Shown here one piece after another: positions 9,698 through 18,430 of a DNA stretch of 64,000 nt. The notes below the pieces were generated by a model, which worked only from the letters and a program-made list of their open reading frames with translations, did not search any database and was not told the DNA's origin. This stretch comes from a virus (taxonomy: Duplodnaviria > Caudoviricetes), in IMG/VR virus record IMGVR_UViG_3300025769_000099, positions 1,532 to 65,531 of that record; one strand, 5' to 3'. The position numbers were made by a program, and so were the translations under genes. Position 1 is the stretch's first letter, and each line of letters opens with the position of its first letter.

Positions 9698-10227
9698 TAT
9701 CAGAAGAATACAAAAAGAAAATACAAGAAAAACATCAACAGCATAAAAAATGGGGAGGAGCTGTAATAGCTAAAGGACCTAGAATAGATTTTATAGCAAA
9801 GATAAGTAACTCTAAAAGTATTTTAGATTATGGATCTGGTAAAAATTCTTTTGAAAAAGAAATTAAATCTATGTATGATGTTGTACCATACTCAATACAT
9901 AATTATGAACCTGGTATAGAGGAATTTAGTGGTGATCCACCTTGCTGTGATATGACTATATGTATAGATGTTATGGAGCACGTGGAACCAGAGTGTGTAG
10001 ACACTGTGTTTAAACACATATTTAATAAAACAAATAAAATCGTTATGTTTAACATTAGTTGCGTTCCAGCAGGTGGTGCTTTTGCTAACGGTGATAATCT
10101 TCACTTAACTGTAAGACCACCTCTCTGGTGGCTAGATAAAGCTAGAAAACATGGCTTTGAAATAATAGAATCTATTAGTGGAATAAAGCATGTTGAATTT
10201 ATAGCTAAACCAGTTGGATCAGCATGA
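9685..10227 (+). CDS. Class I SAM-dependent methyltransferase
   Basis: ILDYGSGK (motif I) and CIDVMEHV. Confidence 0.8.
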   Translation: MEMLISEEYKKKIQEKHQQHKKWGGAVIAKGPRIDFIAKISNSKSILDYGSGKNSFEKEIKSMYDVVPYSIHNYEPGIEEFSGDPPCCDMTICIDVMEHVEPECVDTVFKHIFNKTNKIVMFNISCVPAGGAFANGDNLHLTVRPPLWWLDKARKHGFEIIESISGIKHVEFIAKPVGSA

Positions 10228-10281
10228 AGTTCTTTGATTTAAATAATAACGGAAAGTACGACTGGTGGGAATATATATTAC

Positions 10282-11115
10282 CTATCCTGATAATTTTTGT
10301 GATTGAGCTAGCCGCTGAGCTCGTGGCAGGATTTTTGATACCTTTGATTTTCTAGGAGCAGTCTTAGTTAACTTTTCACCTTTCATCCAATCATTATAAC
10401 TTATCTGATTATCTTTAAGATCACTAAGTATATGCCAATTAATATCTCCTCTTCTTTTTAAGAAATACATAAACTGTTGCTCTAACTCTGCATCATGAGC
10501 AGATCTAGTTAGTAAGTAAACTGGTAAATGCCAACTATGAGGTGCTGCATTGCTTTTAACACCACGTTTATCTTTACTTAAAACATTATCAACTTTTTTA
10601 GCAAAGAAATCAAAACCTATTAAGTTTAAGCTTTTATAGGTTTTTACTTTTTGCATAAACCAAAGTATAGTTAAAAACCCGGCGCTGGGTCTATATGACC
10701 TAGGATTTAACATATCTACATCAAACATATTCATTATATCAATTATTTCTTGATCTGTATACATCTGCGTATAAGGCATACCTATGGGTAAACGATCTTC
10801 TATTATCCAGTCGCTTAAACAGAAGTTTCCTCTACATCTGTTAAGTAATATCTTAACATCTTTAAATTTACCTCTTTCAAACCATTCACGTTTTGTATCG
10901 TAACATGGTGCTCTGAACTGACCTGTTACCCATATATCTACCTTAGTACCTATAGACTCTTCTTGGGCAGGTGTAGCTTGTATAGCTCTACCAAATCTAA
11001 CAACTATATCATAGCTGTTTATAGTGTCTTTAAGTTTATGATGCATTATTTCTACGGAATTACCGACAAATAATACTCTTTTATTTTTTACAAGCTCTTG
11101 TATGTCTTCAACCAT
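10282..11115 (-). CDS. GT29 (sialyltransferase)-like glycosyltransferase
   Basis: L-motif-like VLFVGNS..INSYDIVVRF..GTKVDI; S-motif-like PSAGFLTI..LIGFDFF; late H...E (HDAELE). Confidence 0.7.
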   Translation of the reverse strand: MVEDIQELVKNKRVLFVGNSVEIMHHKLKDTINSYDIVVRFGRAIQATPAQEESIGTKVDIWVTGQFRAPCYDTKREWFERGKFKDVKILLNRCRGNFCLSDWIIEDRLPIGMPYTQMYTDQEIIDIMNMFDVDMLNPRSYRPSAGFLTILWFMQKVKTYKSLNLIGFDFFAKKVDNVLSKDKRGVKSNAAPHSWHLPVYLLTRSAHDAELEQQFMYFLKRRGDINWHILSDLKDNQISYNDWMKGEKLTKTAPRKSKVSKILPRAQRLAQSQKLSG

Positions 11116-11744
11116 TCTTCTGATAATTCTGCATTTTTATATTCTTCAAACCATGGTCCTCCATTCGTGTAATGCAGAGCTCTTGCTTTCTTAGTATCGT
11201 AACCTTCGTGACCTACTAGACAATTATATCTTCTAGGTAAGTCTACTATTTGAGCATCGTTTATAAATTTAAATTCGTGTAATTGATCTGGTCTAGCGTT
11301 ATCTAAATATTCTTTACTTAATTTATTTTTAAAGAATTTGTTAGAAAAAACCATCAAAGAACTCCAGTTTTTCTTTGGATAAGTTTTATTAACAACGCCA
11401 TTCATTTTAATTTCACCGGCTTTGTAATCAGGGTGTTTTACAACACCTAAAGGTTCTTGGCCCATGTATCTACCAACTTCTCTAGGATCACATCTCCATA
11501 AGAAATCATTATCACAAAATAAAGCTTTACCCTCGTAATTACAAATTAACGGTACATAAAATCTTGTAAAAGAAAATTCTGTTGATTCACCTTCTACATC
11601 TTCTCTACCATAAAATCCTATTTCTTTTAATTTAGTCTTACATAGATAATCCACTTGACCATCAAAACCAGCATCTCTTATAGACTTAATGCATGTTTTT
11701 GTAGCTTCTGGAAATCTAGAGTCATGTCCTACAAATATTCTCAT
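11088..11744 (-). CDS. GT-A (GT8-like) glycosyltransferase
   Basis: IFVGHDSR, STEFSFTRF, DxD (FCDND), KNWSSLMVF, YNCLVG and LHYTNGGPW. Confidence 0.75.
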   Translation of the reverse strand: MRIFVGHDSRFPEATKTCIKSIRDAGFDGQVDYLCKTKLKEIGFYGREDVEGESTEFSFTRFYVPLICNYEGKALFCDNDFLWRCDPREVGRYMGQEPLGVVKHPDYKAGEIKMNGVVNKTYPKKNWSSLMVFSNKFFKNKLSKEYLDNARPDQLHEFKFINDAQIVDLPRRYNCLVGHEGYDTKKARALHYTNGGPWFEEYKNAELSEEWLKTYKSL

Positions 11745-11777
11745 AATGTTATTCTTTATTATATTATCACTTATTTT

Positions 11778-12122
11778 TTAAGATTTTGAACCTGATGTTC
11801 TTCTGTTTATATCATCATGGTTAAATTCAGCCCAGTATAATTCAAACGCAACACCATCTTCTAATCCTTCAAACTGATGGAATTTACCAGGTTTAACCAT
11901 AGTAAAATCACCAGCTTCAAGTATTGTTTCATCAACTAATCCCTGATCGTCTTGCCAAACCCTTATTATCATCTTACCAGACTCAACAAAAAATCCGTTC
12001 CATTTAAATTTATGTTCATGCTCTGAACATTTGAATCCTTTATTATATTCTATTCTGTGAAACTCTAGTACACCATTTTTGTGTACCATTTCGGTTTTAC
12101 CCCATACTTTTCCTGCTTTCAT
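11778..12122 (-). CDS. Cupin-domain protein (sugar isomerase-like)
   Basis: KVWG, SEHEH, FFVESG and VKPGKFHQF cupin motifs. Confidence 0.75.
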   Translation of the reverse strand: MKAGKVWGKTEMVHKNGVLEFHRIEYNKGFKCSEHEHKFKWNGFFVESGKMIIRVWQDDQGLVDETILEAGDFTMVKPGKFHQFEGLEDGVAFELYWAEFNHDDINRRTSGSKS

Positions 12123-12928
12123 TATTTTTGATTGTGTTTAAAATAAGGTCTTTTCCAAGTCTGTGAAGTCATTGGAAACCTTCTGTTAATAACTACCTTT
12201 TTTGTTTTTGTCACTGTTGGATTAAGATTCCACCATTTTTCCCTAACATTTTGTTTTATAGATGTTATCTTAAATTTATCTAAAGACTGTTCTTTTTTAT
12301 TTTTAAAATGAATACTACATAGTATTCTAGGGCCAACAGTATCTACTTTGTGAAACTGATATTGTGGTATGTATAGCAAATCACCAGCATCTAGTACAAA
12401 CTCATCTATAATTGTTTTAGGTTTATCTGGCGCAAACTCTTTATATATAGTCCATTTAACCTTACCTTCTTGATGAAACAAAAAGTTTTCTGTTTTATCA
12501 CAATGAGCAGGAAAGCTTTTTGATCCTTTACTTGGCGAAGCATATACGTTGCATTGACCATGACCAAAATATCTTTCAAACTCAAAACACATATCTACTA
12601 ATTTTTTACTAGAGTACTCAGCAAAAGGAATTACTATACTTTTACCTTTCCACCATAAATCTACTATCTTACTCTTTTTAAAGAAGGGTTGTTTTAGTGC
12701 TTTGTGTTTATCTAAACACCATCTGTCACCTTTGTCATCATAATCTAATATCTGTAAACCTTTGATGTGTGGATATTTATTTACGTGACTAGATAAATCT
12801 TCCCACGTGTAGAGATCTTTAAATTTATTTCTTCTAAGTATTAAATGTTTTTTACCCCAATACTTTGAAAAAAATAAACTTTTGCCTACTGGATCTAGTA
12901 TCTCTTCTAATGTTATTTGTTTTTTCAT
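12122..12928 (-). CDS. JmjC/Cupin_4 (YcfD/ROX-like) 2OG-Fe(II) oxygenase
   Basis: NVYASP, FPAHCD (HxD), QEGKVKW and GDLLYIP...FHKV. Confidence 0.8.
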   Translation of the reverse strand: MKKQITLEEILDPVGKSLFFSKYWGKKHLILRRNKFKDLYTWEDLSSHVNKYPHIKGLQILDYDDKGDRWCLDKHKALKQPFFKKSKIVDLWWKGKSIVIPFAEYSSKKLVDMCFEFERYFGHGQCNVYASPSKGSKSFPAHCDKTENFLFHQEGKVKWTIYKEFAPDKPKTIIDEFVLDAGDLLYIPQYQFHKVDTVGPRILCSIHFKNKKEQSLDKFKITSIKQNVREKWWNLNPTVTKTKKVVINRRFPMTSQTWKRPYFKHNQK

Positions 12929-12932
12929 ATTT

Positions 12933-14654
12933 TTATCCGTCGCAGCTTAAACAGTTTGGATCCATTGCTTGCTTAGCTATATCACCTCTAAGAACTGATT
13001 CAGTTCTCATATAATATAGAGTTTTAACACCTTTCTTCCACGCGTCTAGATGAACCTTGTTTATAAACTTAGGTTCTGCTTCTGAAGGAAATGCTAAATT
13101 TAAGCTAACAGATTGATCAACATACTGTTGTCTAATACCTGCTTGATTAATTAGTTCTAATTGATTTATTTCTTTGAAAGTTCTGAAGACTTCTTTGAGC
13201 GGTATATCGTGATCGCCCAATGTAATCTTCTCTAATGCTTTTACGCCCTGCACCGAGCCCCCGTCCTTTAAGATTTGGTCCCATATTTTTTTATTGTTTA
13301 AATTGTTTTCTTCTAATACTTTTTCAAGAGTTGGATTTTTACGTATGAACGTACCTTTTGCAGACTGGTCTGTGAATACATTAGCAGCCCAAGGCTCAAT
13401 TCCAGGACTAATATTCCCAGATAACTTACTATTACTAACAGTAGGAGCAATAGCTCTAAGATGAGTGTTCCTAAATCCTGTACCAACGCACCATAACGGT
13501 TCGTTAAACGCTTCAGCCAAAGCCATACTAGCTCTTTCCGATTCAATTTTAATTTGACTAAAAATTCTTCTTGTTTCATATTGTGATAATAAACCTTCAA
13601 AAGGTAATCCTTTTTGTTGTAAGTATGTATGCCATCCAACCACGCCTAAACCTAGTGCTCTACCTTTTTCAGCAGATCTTACTGAGTTTTCAAACCCTCT
13701 TCTATTTTTTGCTTTTTGTATAAACTCTTCTAATACACCATCTAAAAACCATATACTATCATATATTAAGTTACTGTTTTTCCACTCGTGATATTTAGCT
13801 AGGTTTAAACTAGATAAACAACAAATAAAACTATGATTTTCATCTGTATGTAATGTAATCTCAGAACATATGTTTGTCATATGAACTTTTAAAGCATTAT
13901 CCTTATAAGCTGAAGGGTTATTCTTATTAACATTACCTTTAAACATTATATAAGGTTCTCCTGTAGCTTTACGTTTTTGTAACAGCTTACCCCATTTACG
14001 CCTAGAAACCTTATCTCCATCTCTAAGCTTTCTCATAAACTTATCGCCAACTACAGCACATTGATGTAGGTTAAGTGATTGTCTATTCACATCTCCTTTA
14101 GGTTCTCTTATTTCTAACCAGTCTTCAAAATCAGCATGTTCAATATTTATATTAACAGAGGCAGCACCTCTTCTAACTGATCCTTGGTTTGTTGCTAGTA
14201 TTGTAGAGTCATATATTTTACAGAAAGGCACAACACCATCTGATGTTCCATTACCTGTTATATTTGCACCTGCTGGTCTAATTTGATTTATACCTATACC
14301 AACACCTCCACCGTGTTTAGCTAACAGCATCATCTCTAAATTCTTTTGACCTATGTCAATTATACTATCAGCAACATCAATACCAAAACAACTTATTGGA
14401 AAACCTTTATCAGTACCAGTGTTACTAAGCACAGGACTAGCAAGACAGAGCCAACCTTTCCAGATGTAATCAAAAAAGACTTCTTCCATTTCTTTTTTCT
14501 GTAATCTATTCGCAACTGTCTTAGCAACTCTTCTGTACGCTTGTCTTGGTGTTTCATCTTCTAATAAATATCCTCCTTGTATTGTTTTTTTATATACGTC
14601 GGACTCTGCCCAACTTGGGTAGTCTATACCCTTTTTCCATCTATTGCTCCACAT
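12933..14654 (-). CDS. nrdA: Ribonucleotide reductase class I alpha subunit (no ATP cone)
   Basis: ISCF, TNICSEI (NxCxE), AIAPT, KTLYY and C-terminal CLSC. Confidence 0.95.
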   Translation of the reverse strand: MWSNRWKKGIDYPSWAESDVYKKTIQGGYLLEDETPRQAYRRVAKTVANRLQKKEMEEVFFDYIWKGWLCLASPVLSNTGTDKGFPISCFGIDVADSIIDIGQKNLEMMLLAKHGGGVGIGINQIRPAGANITGNGTSDGVVPFCKIYDSTILATNQGSVRRGAASVNINIEHADFEDWLEIREPKGDVNRQSLNLHQCAVVGDKFMRKLRDGDKVSRRKWGKLLQKRKATGEPYIMFKGNVNKNNPSAYKDNALKVHMTNICSEITLHTDENHSFICCLSSLNLAKYHEWKNSNLIYDSIWFLDGVLEEFIQKAKNRRGFENSVRSAEKGRALGLGVVGWHTYLQQKGLPFEGLLSQYETRRIFSQIKIESERASMALAEAFNEPLWCVGTGFRNTHLRAIAPTVSNSKLSGNISPGIEPWAANVFTDQSAKGTFIRKNPTLEKVLEENNLNNKKIWDQILKDGGSVQGVKALEKITLGDHDIPLKEVFRTFKEINQLELINQAGIRQQYVDQSVSLNLAFPSEAEPKFINKVHLDAWKKGVKTLYYMRTESVLRGDIAKQAMDPNCLSCDG

Positions 14655-14655
14655 A

Positions 14656-14907
14656 TTATGTTATTAAGTGTTTTATCCATGCAATTAAACCATTAAGATT
14701 TAACGCTACTAAATTCCATTGTTTTCTTGATCCTGTCTGTACCATAACACAAATAAAACCTATTATATATAACCAAGGTTCTAATGTCCATTGTGCAGCT
14801 ACTAGAAAGCCAGCACCCATATATCCAATACGGGTTGCCATCCTTTCTAATACTGTTAACTGTCTTTTTCTTTCGACAAGAAACTTTTTAAATTTATAAC
14901 TTACCAT
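14656..14907 (-). CDS. Small multi-pass membrane protein between nrdB and nrdA
   Basis: Hydrophobic segments; fills the gap with overlapping start and stop. Confidence 0.55.
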   Translation of the reverse strand: MVSYKFKKFLVERKRQLTVLERMATRIGYMGAGFLVAAQWTLEPWLYIIGFICVMVQTGSRKQWNLVALNLNGLIAWIKHLIT

Positions 14908-15869
14908 ACGTCTTCAAAATCTTCTCCTTCATTTGCCTTACTATAGTCAGTTGACCTAATCGCGAAAAAATCAGTGTGGGTATGACCCCCAGTAAGATGA
15001 TAGAACCAATCCAAATTACCCGCTGCTTCTTCGTCATATGAGAAGTACGATCCGAGATCCACGTAACCAAGTTCTTGTAATTTTTCATTAGTTCTTTTTC
15101 TTATAAATTGTTTTAGGTCATAAGACTTTATACCATCTATATCACCCATTTCAAACATCTTTTCTATATACTTCTCTTCTAACTCAACCATTATCTTAGC
15201 TGCATCTACAATATCATCTCTACAGTCTTCTAATAAGCTTTTATCTTCCTCGCACATGTGTCTAAATAATTGACAACCCATACGGCTATGTAAAGACTCA
15301 TCTCTGACTGACCATTTCATTTGTTGGCCAATACCTTTAAGTAAATTACGTAGCTGAAAGCTATACAAAACGGCAAAAGCAGAGTATAAAGAAACTCCTT
15401 CTGCGAAAGCAGAAAAAACAGCCAATGACTTTGCGATACCTCTTTTATCGTTGCCATCATATGCAACGAGGTTATCAAAACGCTCAGCCGTAGCTGGTTC
15501 ATGAAGAAACGCTTCATAATCTTCTAATTTTAATGTTTCATTTAAATAGCTATAAGCTACAGCGTGTACAGTTTCCTGTGAGCCAAACATCATAGCCATT
15601 TGTTGTATCTCATGTTTAGGAAACCAAGATACAACCTTCTGAGTCCAGTAATCACTTACCGCACATTCAGTCTGAGCAAAACCTAGCAGGATATTTCCCA
15701 CTAGGTGTTTCTCTTTAACAGTTAAAGACTCATTCCAGTCCTTAACATCTCCACTCATAGGTATTTCGGTATGTAACCAAAATGCTTGAGCTTGTTTTAG
15801 CCAACCTTCTGTATAGTACTCAGGGTACTCAAAAGGTTTATATGCAATACGTTCATCGAATAGTCCCAT
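14901..15869 (-). CDS. nrdB: Ribonucleotide reductase class I beta subunit
   Basis: FWLHTEI, ETVHAVAY, AEGVSLYSAF and RDESLH. Confidence 0.95.
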   Translation of the reverse strand: MGLFDERIAYKPFEYPEYYTEGWLKQAQAFWLHTEIPMSGDVKDWNESLTVKEKHLVGNILLGFAQTECAVSDYWTQKVVSWFPKHEIQQMAMMFGSQETVHAVAYSYLNETLKLEDYEAFLHEPATAERFDNLVAYDGNDKRGIAKSLAVFSAFAEGVSLYSAFAVLYSFQLRNLLKGIGQQMKWSVRDESLHSRMGCQLFRHMCEEDKSLLEDCRDDIVDAAKIMVELEEKYIEKMFEMGDIDGIKSYDLKQFIRKRTNEKLQELGYVDLGSYFSYDEEAAGNLDWFYHLTGGHTHTDFFAIRSTDYSKANEGEDFEDVW

Positions 15870-15870
15870 A

Positions 15871-16011
15871 TTAATTATATAAAGTTAAACAAATATCAAA
15901 TATACCAACGTATAAAACGTGATCTATTTTATTCCCATCCGGATAACTTCTGTATCCAAATAATATTCCATTGAATAAGCCAAAGCTTAATTCCCAATTA
16001 TTTTCCTCCAT
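15871..16011 (-). CDS. Small hypothetical protein (46 aa)
   Basis: Read manually: MEENNWELSFGLFNGILFGYRSY...; fills the intergenic gap. Confidence 0.5.
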   Translation of the reverse strand: MEENNWELSFGLFNGILFGYRSYPDGNKIDHVLYVGIFDICLTLYN

Positions 16012-16456
16012 CTGATTTTTTTATTAGTTCTACAGTCATATCACATTCTTTTTGATTTTGAGGTTTGTAAAGGGTAAAAGGTCCTATTCTATCATTTGCC
16101 ATTAGCCTTTTAAATAATTTCCATCTCATTGGAAAAGACTCGTTAGCTCTACCTTTTGTTTCAATTATAAAACCTTTGCCTATAAAATCAGGCGTGTATT
16201 TTATATTTAAAATCTTTTTATTACCTCTATTTTTATAATCACCTTTACCATTGCCACATCTTTCATATGCTTCAAAAGGAAAGTCAAAACTCTCTACTAA
16301 CTCGAATGTTTGCCCCTCGTAAAGAGCTTTGATCTTAGCCTTTTTTAATGCCATATACATATAGCGCTCTAAACCTGACGCAAAAGTAATACCGTCGTAT
16401 GTTATTTTTCGCGATTGTACAGGACCTCTTTTTTTCTTCTTATAAAACTTCTTCAT
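15998..16456 (-). CDS. PD-(D/E)xK endonuclease (T7 endonuclease I-like resolvase)
   Basis: FASGLE and YTPDF...IIETKG. Confidence 0.75.
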   Translation of the reverse strand: MKKFYKKKKRGPVQSRKITYDGITFASGLERYMYMALKKAKIKALYEGQTFELVESFDFPFEAYERCGNGKGDYKNRGNKKILNIKYTPDFIGKGFIIETKGRANESFPMRWKLFKRLMANDRIGPFTLYKPQNQKECDMTVELIKKSDGGK

Positions 16457-16751
16457 CGTTTACTTGTATATCATAATGTAAACCGTCGTTTCCATTTTGT
16501 CCTATGATATTGATTCTATTAAGCATTGCCTCTTCTATCTCATCACCTAAACATCTTTTAGCTGATTCTAGATACAACAAAGCATCCATTAATTCTTCTT
16601 GTACGTCAACGATAAATCTATTAAGATCTTTCTTCTGGCCTTCAATTTCTTGCATCATCGTAGCTCCATATTTTTTTTGGCCAATTAAACTACGTTCGTC
16701 CATTTTAGCTAAAACAGATTGAACTATTTTATCTTTTGTTTTAATTTTCAT
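16440..16751 (-). CDS. Small all-alpha NTP-pyrophosphatase-like protein
   Basis: RSLIGQKKYG...QEELMDALLY pattern; next to MazG. Confidence 0.45.
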   Translation of the reverse strand: MKIKTKDKIVQSVLAKMDERSLIGQKKYGATMMQEIEGQKKDLNRFIVDVQEELMDALLYLESAKRCLGDEIEEAMLNRINIIGQNGNDGLHYDIQVNDEEVL

Positions 16752-17547
16752 CTTTTACAAATGTTCCGTTAATCATCTTGCCGGTTCTTTTACTTATGAC
16801 ATCATACGCTGTTGCTATACATGCCTCAATCTTAACACCTTCTAAATGTGCTAAGTTTGTAAGTACTACTACCATATCACCAATAGCGTCTATAACTTCT
16901 GGCTTATCGTTTTTTAATAAAGCTTTTGCAAGTTCTCCAGCTTCTTCTTGTAGTTTAACATATTGTGTGTGTGAATTACCCTGTTGGTATAATCCTCTTA
17001 CCAGTGCCCACTTTCTAATTTTATCAAATACATTTGATTTACTAGTAGCTTCCTCACTGTGTAACATTTCATGAACAACTGCGTGCTCATATTCAATAGG
17101 GTTTTTTTGAAAGTTTGACATAGCTTTGTTATATACATAGCTTCTGTCATTATTAAACATCGAGGTTTTAACGTTTTTCATTATCCAATTAACTAAGTCT
17201 AATGTTAATTTAAAATCCCCATGTTCTGTTTTCCATGTCATACCAATGTTATCCATTAGTTGTCCTTTAAGTTTATTGACTGGACAAGGAAAAGTCGTGG
17301 TTTGTTCGGTCACGTTTATCTTCATATTCTTATTTGGTTTAAGGTTTCTATAAGGTACTAGATCTACTCTGTACCCATACTCTCTCTGTCTTTCAAGCTC
17401 TAAACAAGATATATAATCTATATCATCTGATGTTTCTAATATCTCATATTCATCAGGACCATATCCTTGTTGTATTGTGACCCGGTTATTAAGATCACAG
17501 GTAACACCGATCTTTTTACCCGGTATATGATATAAATAATACGTCAT
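16741..17547 (-). CDS. mazG: MazG-like NTP pyrophosphohydrolase with an extra N-terminal (GIY-YIG-like) domain
   Basis: KLQEEAGEL..DAIGD and KRTGKMINGTFVK; N-terminus YYLYHIPGKKIGVT. Confidence 0.8.
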   Translation of the reverse strand: MTYYLYHIPGKKIGVTCDLNNRVTIQQGYGPDEYEILETSDDIDYISCLELERQREYGYRVDLVPYRNLKPNKNMKINVTEQTTTFPCPVNKLKGQLMDNIGMTWKTEHGDFKLTLDLVNWIMKNVKTSMFNNDRSYVYNKAMSNFQKNPIEYEHAVVHEMLHSEEATSKSNVFDKIRKWALVRGLYQQGNSHTQYVKLQEEAGELAKALLKNDKPEVIDAIGDMVVVLTNLAHLEGVKIEACIATAYDVISKRTGKMINGTFVKDEN

Positions 17548-18185
17548 AATTTATCGTTGTATAAATGCATGTTATGTGCATGATGATAATACCATCCGAC
17601 GTCAATAGACAGTCTCTCTGCAATCATTTGTTGTAATGATGAAAATTGATACTGATCGTTACAGAAACCGTACCAGATGTCATTAGAACGCATATACACA
17701 GACATACAAAGTTTGTTGTTAATTATTGTAAACTGTATTGCATATGTACAAGGAGTATCTTTACGATACTTTTCATATTCTTTACAGTCATATATACTAA
17801 TAGCAGCGTGTCTAGTATTAGGATTATCTCTTAGTTTAGCCACTACATAATCTATTTGATTATTACGTTGCCATTGATAACCGTAATTACTATTTACTTC
17901 TCTATCGCTATTAGCCATCTTTTCCCATATAGGTGGAACCTTACCGTATAACTCACCTAGTTTGTCTATACTAGGATCACCCGATAAGTACCATTGCCAT
18001 TCAGCTTCTGCATATTCATGAGACCATTTTCTATACTTGTTTTTAATATGATTGTCTAATGGATCTTCTATTGTGAAGCCTACATTAAACAAAGCTTTAG
18101 TATTATCAAAGTCTACACCTTCTACTCTTAACTCGTGTAGTATGCAGTTGAATGCTTCGTTAGCATTTAAAAATTTAGTTCGCAT
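17544..18185 (-). CDS. Thymidylate-synthase-fold enzyme with dCMP-type signature (dCMP hydroxymethylase/methylase-like)
   Basis: NYG, DTPCT and MRSNDIWYGFCND, with Asp at the ThyA Asn177 position. Start taken at MRTKF (the track gives 18245). Confidence 0.75.
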   Translation of the reverse strand: MRTKFLNANEAFNCILHELRVEGVDFDNTKALFNVGFTIEDPLDNHIKNKYRKWSHEYAEAEWQWYLSGDPSIDKLGELYGKVPPIWEKMANSDREVNSNYGYQWQRNNQIDYVVAKLRDNPNTRHAAISIYDCKEYEKYRKDTPCTYAIQFTIINNKLCMSVYMRSNDIWYGFCNDQYQFSSLQQMIAERLSIDVGWYYHHAHNMHLYNDKL

Positions 18186-18417
18186 ATTTTTTATAATAAT
18201 ATAATTGATATTCTGATATTTTTTGCCATATAACTCCAGGTCCAAAAGACTCAGGTGATGTACCTATTCTAACTCTGTTAGGCCAAACACCTTTTTCTAC
18301 ATCTACTAGCCATTTACTTTCACCCCATTTTTCTTGCCTAGGTGATATACATATATTGTTTCTATTACACCAAAGCATAGCTTCATTTTCTTCAGGAGTT
18401 CTTGTGTGTGAACCCAT
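18175..18417 (-). CDS. Hypothetical protein
   Basis: ORF; likely start at MGSHTRT. Confidence 0.5.
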   Translation of the reverse strand: MGSHTRTPEENEAMLWCNRNNICISPRQEKWGESKWLVDVEKGVWPNRVRIGTSPESFGPGVIWQKISEYQLYYYKKYAN

Positions 18418-18430
18418 TGTTATTCCTTTT

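Noticed and set aside
17544-18245. Plain thyA annotation and the upstream start at 18245
   Set aside because: The specificity residue is Asp rather than Asn, and the extended start overlaps the upstream gene, so ATG 18185 is preferred
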